Positions 21,709-31,091 of a DNA stretch of 49,362 bases are shown in pieces (within the stretch, counting starts at the first letter, position 1; every line of letters begins with the position of its first letter). The stretch comes from Raillietiella orientalis (taxonomy: Eukaryota). A program made the translations under genes and the position numbers. The notes under the pieces were generated by a model. It did no database searches. It saw only the letters and a program-made list of their open reading frames with translations, and was not told the DNA's origin. The stretch is from the NCBI GenBank assembly GCA_036172245.1, contig JAYWIR010000018.1, positions 3,658,001 through 3,707,362 of the forward strand, in the 5' to 3' direction.

Positions 21709-24700
21709 TGAGGGCAATCGCGTCTTCTCGTCGTGTTGCCGTAACGTCTTGGAACGTCAACGGGCTCCAACACGAGGAGAAGAGGCGACTAGTGGCTGAC
21801 GCTCTGCGGGCCTTCGACTTGACGCTCCTGCAGGAGATTCACAGCATCTCCGGAGAGCAGGCTGCCGAAATCGAACGGCGCGCGGGCGGAACGCTAGTTT
21901 ATAGGTGCGGCGTTGCACGTACGTGCGGCGTCGCTTTCCTCGTGCGAGGAACTTTGGCGGGAGCGGTGCGCAGCGTTCGTTTCGACACGGAAGGCCGAGT
22001 GGGACAGCTTGTACTCAAGTGGTCCGACTCGATCGACCTTGTCGTAACCAACGTGTACGCGCCGAGCGGTGCTGGACGATGGGCCGAAAGGATTGAGTTC
22101 TTCGGTACACTTCAAAGCCAGTGGCTCACTCGATCTAACCCTACTGTGGCCCATCTCATTGCGGGGGACTTTAACGTCCACCTGCTTTCCGAGAATAGAT
22201 CCCACAAAAGGGAAAAGTTGCTAGCGGAAGAGATGTGCGCGTCCGTGCACGCGTGCAACTTGTTCGCTAGCGACCCTGTTATGGCAGCAACGCCGGACCA
22301 CGTATACCTTGATGAACACTTGCTCTGTCGAGTGGGTCGGAGAGGTCCCGTGCCGTCCGTGCTTTCCGACCACAACAGGCTCGAGTTCGAGTTGCTCCCG
22401 CCAGGCAAGGGGCCTCCAAACTGTTTTTGGAGGATGCCGGCAGACTGGCTAAGCCACTTGGAGGCGGCTGAGCATCTTCGCCAGTACCTCCTCGGCTTTG
22501 CCATAAGTGAGCTCGAGGACTGGGACGATCTGAAAAGATCGGTCCGCGAGTTCTGCTGCCGGTTTCCCTTGCACCAGCTTCCGCGCGGCTTCGGAGAGGG
22601 CGTAGACAACAGCAGAGATTTTCTGCAGGCCCGCTCCTTTTCCAGGCGCGCGGACGTTGGTCGATTATCCGAGTACAAGGCCAAGGCCGAGCGCCAGGTC
22701 TGGCAGTCAGGGGCGACAGTTCTGCTCGACGACCAGGACCGGGAATGCTCGGCTCCAGCCGACGTGCGACGGATAGTCAGGCGCTATTACTCTTCTCTGT
22801 CTGCAGAGGCACCGACGGAACGCAGCCTCTCCCGGCTGCTTCTGCCGATTGATGCACCTGTTGTAGACGAGGAGGAACGCGCGCGTCTTGATGAGCCCTT
22901 CACGGCAGAGGAAATTTCCTCGGCCATCTCGGGGCTCAAGAGACGAAAAGCGCCAGGCGAAGATGGGCTCCCCGCGGAATTCTTTCAGTGTTTTGCGGCG
23001 GAGCTCATCCCTCTGGTGCTCCAGCTATCGTCGCTGATGCGAGACTCGCGCGATGTCCCCGCCTCGTTTCGCTCAGCGAAGGTGCGTCTACTGCCGAAAG
23101 GCGGAGATTTGCGCCAACTGAACAACTGGCGTCCGATCACATTAGTGAATTCGGACGTCAAGTTGTTCTCGAAACTTTGGGTGGCGCGGATGCGTAGGAT
23201 CGCGGAATCCTTGGTAAGTCCGGAGCAGACGAACGCTGTTCCTGGGCGGTCCATGGACGCGAATCTCTTGTTCATCCGCACATGGCTGCAATTGCAGCAT
23301 CGTGTGGCGGTGGATCGTCGTGCGGAAGCGACGCCTTCGATCTCTCACCGACGGAGGCGCGGGACGCAAAGGGAGACACCGGGAGCCTTGGCGGTTGCAG
23401 TCGATCTGCACAAAGCTTTCGATTGCGTGAACCAAAAGCTTCTTCTTGAGCTTTTGGAACGTCTGGGTCTTCCGGCATCCCTGTTGGCGTACTTGCGCTC
23501 CTGCTGGCGCCACGCGATTACATCCATTGTTTTCAGTGGCTGTCGCGTGTACGGCGTGCCGGTACGACGAGGAATGAGGCAGGGTGACAGCTTAAGCCCG
23601 CTGCTCTTCAGCATCTATTTTGAATTGGTGCTGGAGGCTTACAGGCTGACGCTAGCCAACCTGCCGAGCTCCTGTCCAGGTACGCCCGCCGTGGCAGCCT
23701 ATGCCGACGACCTGCTTCTCCTGTTGCCCATGTCCACCCCGACAGCGTCGCTTGAAGATTTCTTTGAGTTGATCCGTCGTGGTGCGGGCGTGAGCGTTAA
23801 CAGGAGTAAGTGTATGGTTGTTCCGGTTGGTGCGACGTGGGAGGGGCAGTCCGACTGGATCGACCTGGGGATCCCCACGGGCAGGTACCTCAGGTACCTT
23901 GGCGTGCCGTTGGGCGACTTCTGCGTCTCAGAAGCGTGGTCGGACTGCCTTCGGAAGGCAGAGCGTGCACTTGGCCCGTTTTCAGGAGGCGAGTTCGTCT
24001 TGCCGGAACGGGCCTGCATCTGGAACACCTTCGTTGCCCCCCTCCTCCGCCCCCTGTTTTTTGTTTGTCCACCCCCCAGGAAGTCAAAGTCTGGGCGCAG
24101 CGCCTTCTACGCAAAGCGTTGTGGGGCGCTGCAAGATCCCGTGTTAGACTTAAAGACTTGGTGGCGCCGCGTCAGGATGCAGGCTTGGGCATCCTCGACT
24201 TAAACAGCATCGAACTGCAGGTGCAGTTTCGCATGCTGCGGCTCTGTGCCAAGCTGTGGTGTACACCGTGGTGCTTACCCGCACGCCTTATACTGAGGCG
24301 CTGCACGGGAAGCGAGGGACTGCTTTCGTTGCTACCCCACTTTCGGCACACCAGAATAGGGTTTGGCTTCCCGCTGAGGCAGCTGTCCTCACTGCTGGAA
24401 GCCCGAAGCTGGATCTCCTGCCGCCCCATGAACATTAATGCATGGCGGCAGGAATCTTTTTCATCGTGGGCAGCTTCCGAAGGAACGCGCCCGGAAGATC
24501 TTCGACGCCTGCGACTTCTCCTCAGTCATCAAATGGACGAAGTCATGCAGGACAAGAAGTTGTCGGATCGTCTGGCCGCCACACCATCCGCCGTAGCGCT
24601 GTCTGCCCTCAGGGCAAGCAACGACGGTTGCCTACCGGCGGAATGGGAGTTCTCCTGCAAAATAGCGGGAGTCAGTAAGCTCCTCGGCAGCTGGACGACA

Positions 24701-25279
24701 AAGGAGCTGGTGCAAGCCGCCACACCTCGGAATCGGGCAAAGGGACTGCTTCGGTGGAGCGAACATTTAAGTGTGCCCCCCGGAGAGATAGTGGTTCCCC
24801 CCGTTTGTTTGGACAGCTCCGTGTTCCCCCTTAAGTGGAAACAAGATGTGCTGCTCTTTTTACATTGTGCATTTCACTGTAATAGGCAGCGAAGCATCGT
24901 TTCAGGGGGAGCTGCTTTGCCAAACTGTTTAAGGTGCGGAGAGATCGAGTCTTTTCCGCACCTTTTGTTGGACTGCGGTGACCTCCGGGAACTGTGGCGA
25001 AGGCTCACTTCGGCCATCATGCCACAAGGAGGCACTGCCATTGATGTGCTGCGGCGCTTCTTCAGCAGAAATGGACTTTCGGTTGGCGCGATTGTCGCAA
25101 CTATGTGTTGCGTTCGCGCCATCGTGAAGGCCCGCTACGCCCTGGAGTTGTCATCGCAGCGAAGGGAGGCTCACCTGCTTGCAGCTCAATTCATGGAGAA
25201 GGCTTCAAGGTGGTCTCATCTTCGTGACAAGGTGAATGAGGACATCACCGGCATACATCGCCGGTTTACACACCTTTGA
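21708..25279 (+). pseudogene. C1 ORF2 (APE-RT-CCHC), apparently a single frameshift near 24075
   Basis: ORFs 21705-24203 and 23810-25279; SWNVNG, QEIH, GDFN, SDH, DLHKAFD, QGDSLSP, YADD, CLRC..HLLLDC. Confidence 0.92.
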
Positions 25280-25604
25280 GAACGGCGTAATCCGGTGACC
25301 CCTGCGACCTCTCGCCCACCCATACCCCGTCCCCGTTCGCTCGGTAAAATTTCCGGTGCCCATGCTTTTATCCCCGTGTCTTCCAGAGCGATCCCAAAGA
25401 CCCTTATCCCGTCCTCCTTATTCATTGTTTTTATTTTATTTTGGTTTCTTTGTGTTTCCCGCCCCCCACACCGTTCACAAAACTGTTACTCTGGCCTGCG
25501 TGCCAGCAATATTCTCTTCATTCTTGTTCAGTCGTCGGTTGGGAGTTTGGTTCCCAACTGGTTTATTTTGTATAATTGCTTTTTTTTTTGGTTATGCTAT
25601 ATGG

Positions 25605-25634
25605 AATAAACGCCCCGGCGTGACCGGGTGAGAA
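25605..25634 (+). terminator. C 3' terminus: AATAAA + cccgg/ccggg hairpin
   Basis: aataaa cg c cccgg cgtga ccggg tg agaa; no poly(A). Confidence 0.65.
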
Positions 25635-27280
25635 ATCTCCCGGGCTTGATCTGCGGAGATCACGTGGATCTCCTGCAGCAGCACCAGGTCGAAGGATGCC
25701 AGGGTGGCGGCCACGTCACGCCTCTTGCCGTCGTCGCTTAGCCCGTTCACGTTCCAACAGGCGATCAGCAGACGACGGCGAGAGGCGATTCCCGGCATTA
25801 TGGCTGGGAAAGTGGCGTGGCGGCACCTGCCGCGGGGCAGGTGTAGGAAAGGTCCATCGGTACGAGGACCATCGGAACGAGGACGGAGGCCTCTTCAGGC
25901 GCCTGGGGTAGCTGTTCGGCCTCCATCCTCACCATCCCCTCCGAGTCCGAGCGTGGAATTCTCTCGGGCGACGGGTCCCGGGAGTTTCTCATGCTCATGG
26001 CACCCTCGCTACCGGAAGCCATCTCTTCCCCTTCGTCGGAAGAGACGATCTTCCGGGGCATTGTGGACTTTCGTCCTGCCTTTTTGCGGGGTGCCGCGGA
26101 GATGGATGCTGTGTTTCCGGCCTTCACCTCGGGGTCGAAAGTGGCCGCAGTAGCTTTTAATTTTTTCGCGGTTCAGAGCGGTTTCGCTCCGTTTCGCCAC
26201 GTTCTTTCCCTTCTAATGAGAGTTTTTCTTGGGATCGACCTCTTGACCCTCGCCCTTGACCTTTTCGGCGTTTTTCGCCGGGGTTTCGGGGCTGGCCTTC
26301 GCCTTGGTGGCGGAAGTGACCTCCTTAGCAGCAGCACGAGCTGCCAGCTTTTTCCTCTTTTTAGCCGCGCGCTTTCTCGCGTTTTTCGCGGACACGACGC
26401 GGACTGTGTTTTGGGGGCACACCAGACGGGTGTGCCCCGCTTGTTTGCATTGCTGGCACTGCACGCTCGGACACCTCATTTTAAGGTGACCAAAGCTGCT
26501 GCAGCAGCTGCAAAACTTGAGTTTACCCACGCACCACACGTCAACGGATTCACCGTTGACGGTGAGTTTGTGGGGAAACTCACATCCCTCGCGAACCCTC
26601 ACTCGCGCTGCACCGAGGCCGCCAAGCAATTCGTCGTAATCGACAAAAGGAGTAGGCTTTCCCCACAGCGCGTGGACAGTTGCGAATTTTTCCAATTCGT
26701 TCCGGACGGCCTCCTTCGTCATCCGGAACGTGATACCGTTCAGGTGAATGATCACCGACCGGTCTTTTGTAATTGGGAGAAGCCTCCGGCTGCCCATAAT
26801 TACGGGGGTTCGCAGAAGTCTCTGCGCAAGAGTTGCCTCCTTGCAGATAACTTCCACAAATTGATCCCCGCTTCTGACGGACATAGCCAGAAGCTCCTCT
26901 TTCTGTACGCCGAGAACGCGCATCGCCTGTGAGAAGGCGCGCGCGTTCTCGGGAGAATATAGACCGCCTACCTTATATAGAAGGGGTGGGTTATACCCCT
27001 CCTCCAGGTAAGCGCGCATTTCCGCCATAGCCGCTGGCGTAGGTGCCGCAACCACGGCGTTCCAAGCCCTGAGTAGGGCCGGGGGCGCATCCGTGCTGGC
27101 GGGAGCCTCCACTGATGCGGGAGCCCCCACCTCCATCTGCTCCAAGGGCAATAAGGTCATCGCCCCCGGATCCTCACCGGTGGTGGTATCAGGCATTTCT
27201 GCCTAATCCTCCACCCACACCACGCACAAGCACCAACGGAAATGGAACTCAGCAGCAACGAAATAACACGTCCCCTCGAC
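25635..27280 (-). mobile_element. LINE D1 copy a (D1a): 5' UTR, ORF1 and first about 55 codons of ORF2, cut by C1
   Basis: Near-identical to 30928-32833. Confidence 0.92.
25798..27196 (-). pseudogene. D1a ORF1 (stop at 26213, about 245-bp deletion near 26147)
   Basis: Compared with intact ORF 31091-32749. Confidence 0.9.
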
Positions 27281-27295
27281 GCTCCGGAATCTCCA
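27281..27295 (+). repeat. Probable target-site spacer between tandem D1 copies (gctccggaatctcca)
   Basis: Repeated at 32834-32848, where it reads in frame as L-R-N-L-Q into E ORF2 DWDLFK; the left edge is uncertain. Confidence 0.72.
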
Positions 27296-27665
27296 TTGAA
27301 ACCCGGGTGCGCCGGGACGTTTATTCTAACGAATAAACTTATGCAATCTGTGACTGGACCAGTAGTCCAGCCACGCCCTGGAAAGATATAGCCTGCCGGG
27401 CTACCGGTGCGCAGACCGGCGCGGTCGACCTCGGCAGCAGAAAGGAGGGGGAACGAAACAAAAAGAAAACAAAAAAATAAACAAAAATCAGGGAGGGAGC
27501 GGGAAGGGATCACAGTCTGCTGGGAGGGCCCGTCATCCTCTGGAGGATGCCGGCAAGCTGTTTCTGCTTGTGTGGTTCCAGATGGGGCCATCGCGTCGCC
27601 ATCCTGAGAAAACGGGCAGCATACACGTTGGCATCCCTGTCGCTGGATCCTCCCGTCGCTTTGCT

Positions 27666-30600
27666 TCATGCCACGACGATCCCGCGTAGGCAGCACAGGG
27701 CTGCAAGCGAGGCCGCTGGAGGTAGGGCGTCACGGACGAAGAGGGGGCGCAAAGCGTCTCTGGGGTTGCCTCCGGGGATCCCCAGGGCTGCGGCAAAGCG
27801 TTCCCACAAGGGACGGAGGGCAACACAATCCACTAACAGGTGGGGGAGGTATTCCCTCTCCCCGCACCTGACACAATTAGGGTTGACACCCCCCCGCGTC
27901 CAGTGGTGTCGGCGGGCGTTGCAAGGAAGCCCCCAATGCAACACCATCAGTGCCGACTGTTGCCACTTCATGGGGAGGGTGCGCGAGTCCATGAGCACCG
28001 GAGGCCATTCGAGATGTTCCTCTGGAACATCCAGTAGCTCTCCCCAGCGCAAAAGTCCATTTGGGGTGGTCCTCGGGGTCGCAGCGTTGGTGAGCTGACC
28101 CGTTCTCCAATCCCCGATCTTCTTTGCCCTGCTGGCGATCTTCACAGTTACCTCCCATTGTGCCGCGACGTCGCTGCCCAGATGTTCCCGTAGGGTAGGC
28201 AGTACCGCAGCAAGGGAGGTTCTTTGTGCCCACGCTCTCCTTCGGGGATTCTCGATGATTTCTCGGAGCGTGCGGCGGGCATGCGGCCCGAACAGAGCTA
28301 TTCGCTCGTGTTGCGAGCTCTGCTCCTGAATCATCGCCCACGTGCGGACGGTTTCCTGCAACCAGGCAGGACCGTTCGCGGGGCGTACGAGGATCCGCGC
28401 CGAGTTGTTCTTCACGAGCTTGGCCGCCCTCCGAAGTTGAAGTCCGCAGTGGCAGATGGGGCTTCGGAGTGCAAAGTAGGACGAGAGTCCCGCATTGCCG
28501 GTGGCCCGCTCGACGAGGAGACGTGCAGGGAGGCACCAAGGGGTGCACCAATTTCCTGCCATAAAGGCAACAACTCGGAACTGGAGCTGTAGCTCCAGCC
28601 GCTCCAACGTCAGGAGGCCCAGACCACCATCCCGACGAAGAGCGCACAAGTCCGAAAGACGGACTCGGGGCCTCACTCTGCCCCAAAGGGCGATCCTCAG
28701 GAGGTCCTTCGTCCTCTTCTTTGACTCCGCTGAGGGGGGGCAAACAAAAAGCAAGGGGCGAAGGAGGGGGGCCGCAAACGCGTTCCACGCCGCGGCCCGT
28801 TCCTGCAGGTAGAACCTGCCGTCCTGGAACGGGCCGATCGCCGCCTGAGCCTTCTGAAGGCAGCCGGACCACGCTTCCGCAGGGGAGTACTCCCCCAACG
28901 GCACACCAAGGTACTTGAAGTACCTCACCGTGGGGATCCCCAAACGGACCCAGTCCTGCGGCCCTGCCCACGCCGCTCCGACTGGCATTACGGACGACTT
29001 CGCCCTGTTCACCGTCAGTCCTGTTCCACGACTCAGCAGGTCGAAGAAGTCCTCGACCGCCGAGGCCGGGGTGGACATAGGCAGCAGCAGCAGAAGATCG
29101 TCCGCGTACGCCGAAACCGCAGGCGTACCGGGGCAATCGCACGGCAGGTGCGCAAGAGTCTCCCTATACGCTCTCAGCACCAATTCGAAAAAGGCGCTAA
29201 AGAGCAGGGGGCTCAGGCTGTCTCCCTGCCGTATGCCGCGTCGCACCGGTACTCCGTGCACGGTTTGCCCGCTGAAAAGAACATTAATGAGCGCGTCGCG
29301 CCAGCTGGAGCGCTGGTAGGCCAACAAAGAGGCCGGGAAGCCCAAGCGTTCCAGAAGCTCCAGCAGGAGATTCTGGTCGACGCTGTCGAATGCTTTACGC
29401 AAGTCGACAGCGACCGCAAGGGCTCCCTTCCCCACCCAACCGTTCCGTCTCCCGCCAACGGACGCACCGGAATTCCGGCTGCTCAATAAGCCCCTTCCTT
29501 GTTGGAGCTCTAACCATGTGGAAGCGTGGAACAGGTTCGCCTCCGTGCTCCGCCCGGGAACAGCATAAGTCTGTTCCGGGCTGATGAAGATGTTGGCGAC
29601 CCGTCCCAGGCGCTCTGCCCACATCTTGGCTATCAACTTGGCGTCCGCATTCACTATTGTGATGGGACGCCAGTTGTTCATGCTCCTTAGGTCTCCTCCC
29701 TTCGGGAGGAGCCGCACCTTTGCTGAACGAAACGAGGTGGGAACGTCACCTGTTTCACGGATCAGCAAGGTGAGTTGCTGTACCAGGGGGGTAAGCTCAG
29801 CCGCGAAAGTTTGGTAAAACTCCGCGGGCAGGCCGTCCTCCCCTGGAGCCTTCCGCCTCTTGAGCTTTCCGATGGCCGAGAGGATCTCGTCCATCGTGAA
29901 AGGCTCGTCGAGGCTTCTTTTCTCCTCCTCCCCGATCGCTGGAGCACCTTCCTGAAGCAGAAGTCGTGAGACGTCCCGCTCCGGAGGCGCCCTGGCGTAC
30001 AGGGAGGAGTAAAATTTTCTTACTATCCCGCGTTTCTGAGCGGGAACCGAGTGCTCCCGGCCCTGGTCGTCCAGCAAGCTGGCCGATCCGGATTGCCAGG
30101 CTTCCCTCTCGGCTCCCGCTCGGTACTCTGCTAACCTGCGCATGTCGGGGGTTCTCGCGTAACGTCGGGCCTGAAGATAGCACCTTTCGTTACGCGGCCC
30201 CTCCCCAAAACCCGCAGGTAGGCGATGCAGGGGGAACTGGTCGCAGAACTCCTGGACCGACCGCTTGAAGCGGTCCCAGTCCTGAAGTGTCTGCATCCAG
30301 AAGCTCCGAATAAACGCGCGGAGGTGCTCCGCCGCGTCGGGAAACTTCAGCCAGTCCCCTGGCAGACGCCACGCTGACGAGGGGGGGCCCTTGTCGCGCG
30401 GACGCACTTCGAACATGATCCGACCATGGTCCGACAGCTCGGATGGTACCTTGCCGCGCCTGCTTACCCGAGAGCATAGGTGCTGATCAAGGTACACGTG
30501 ATCGATGCTGCTTTCCATGGCCGTGTCCCCGGCCAACAAGTTGCGCGTGTTCATTTCTGCGCACAACTCGTTGACGCGGTCGTTCAGTGTATCCGGCGCA

Positions 30601-31091
30601 CCTGAAAGCAGGCGCAGGTTGAAATCACCTGCGATCAGGTGCGCTTTGCGAACTCCTGCATCGGTCAGCCAGTGGCGTCTCAGGGCAAGGTAGAATTCCC
30701 TTCTTGCCTTCGCCTTCAACGCGTTATTTCCGCTAGGAGCGTATAGGTTGGTGACGACCAGGTCGATAGAGTCGGACCAGCTGAGAGTCAGCTGACCGAC
30801 GCGACCTGCGTCATCGAACCGAACGTCCTTTATTGCGGTCTCGATGGCTGGCCGAAGCAGGAAGGCGACACCGCTTGATATCGCGGTGCCGCAACGCCAC
30901 AACAGCCGCCCACCCGAGATCCGTTCGATCTCCCGGGCTTGATCTGCGGAGATCACGTGGATCTCCTGCAGCAGCACCAGGTCGAAGGATGCCAGGGTGG
31001 CGGCCACGTCACGCCTCTTGCCGTCGTCGCTTAGCCCGTTCACGTTCCAACAGGCGATCAGAAGATGACGGCGAGAGGCCGTTCCCGGCAT
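27666..31091 (-). CDS. D1b ORF2 APE-RT-CCHC (1141 aa); TGG>TGA removes the last about 52 aa (natural stop 27510)
   Basis: CWNVNG, QEIH, NLYAP, GDFN, IDH, SDH, DLRKAFD, QGDSLSP, YADD, CVRC..HLLVDC. Homologs continue ..GIV(A/T)AWS.. Confidence 0.93.
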   Translation of the reverse strand: MPGTASRRHLLIACWNVNGLSDDGKRRDVAATLASFDLVLLQEIHVISADQAREIERISGGRLLWRCGTAISSGVAFLLRPAIETAIKDVRFDDAGRVGQLTLSWSDSIDLVVTNLYAPSGNNALKAKARREFYLALRRHWLTDAGVRKAHLIAGDFNLRLLSGAPDTLNDRVNELCAEMNTRNLLAGDTAMESSIDHVYLDQHLCSRVSRRGKVPSELSDHGRIMFEVRPRDKGPPSSAWRLPGDWLKFPDAAEHLRAFIRSFWMQTLQDWDRFKRSVQEFCDQFPLHRLPAGFGEGPRNERCYLQARRYARTPDMRRLAEYRAGAEREAWQSGSASLLDDQGREHSVPAQKRGIVRKFYSSLYARAPPERDVSRLLLQEGAPAIGEEEKRSLDEPFTMDEILSAIGKLKRRKAPGEDGLPAEFYQTFAAELTPLVQQLTLLIRETGDVPTSFRSAKVRLLPKGGDLRSMNNWRPITIVNADAKLIAKMWAERLGRVANIFISPEQTYAVPGRSTEANLFHASTWLELQQGRGLLSSRNSGASVGGRRNGWVGKGALAVAVDLRKAFDSVDQNLLLELLERLGFPASLLAYQRSSWRDALINVLFSGQTVHGVPVRRGIRQGDSLSPLLFSAFFELVLRAYRETLAHLPCDCPGTPAVSAYADDLLLLLPMSTPASAVEDFFDLLSRGTGLTVNRAKSSVMPVGAAWAGPQDWVRLGIPTVRYFKYLGVPLGEYSPAEAWSGCLQKAQAAIGPFQDGRFYLQERAAAWNAFAAPLLRPLLFVCPPSAESKKRTKDLLRIALWGRVRPRVRLSDLCALRRDGGLGLLTLERLELQLQFRVVAFMAGNWCTPWCLPARLLVERATGNAGLSSYFALRSPICHCGLQLRRAAKLVKNNSARILVRPANGPAWLQETVRTWAMIQEQSSQHERIALFGPHARRTLREIIENPRRRAWAQRTSLAAVLPTLREHLGSDVAAQWEVTVKIASRAKKIGDWRTGQLTNAATPRTTPNGLLRWGELLDVPEEHLEWPPVLMDSRTLPMKWQQSALMVLHWGLPCNARRHHWTRGGVNPNCVRCGEREYLPHLLVDCVALRPLWERFAAALGIPGGNPRDALRPLFVRDALPPAASLAALCCLRGIVVA

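Larger units (their letters stand above)
14023..25634 (+). mobile_element. LINE C copy 1 (C1), full length, carrying A3 in ORF1
   Basis: 5' UTR, ORF1, TGATG overlap, ORF2, T-rich 3' UTR and aataaacgccccggcgtgaccgggtgagaa terminus. The 5' boundary is uncertain by about 8 nt. Confidence 0.9.

Noticed and set aside
24065..24085. Programmed frameshift in C1 ORF2
   Set aside because: It lies in a C homopolymer, and homologs D1b and E1 are continuous here; a mutation or sequencing error is more likely.
21708..25279. RT as a group II intron, retron or DGR enzyme
   Set aside because: The N-terminal APE domain, gag-like ORF1, C-terminal CCHC, TSDs and AATAAA ends all indicate eukaryotic non-LTR retrotransposons.
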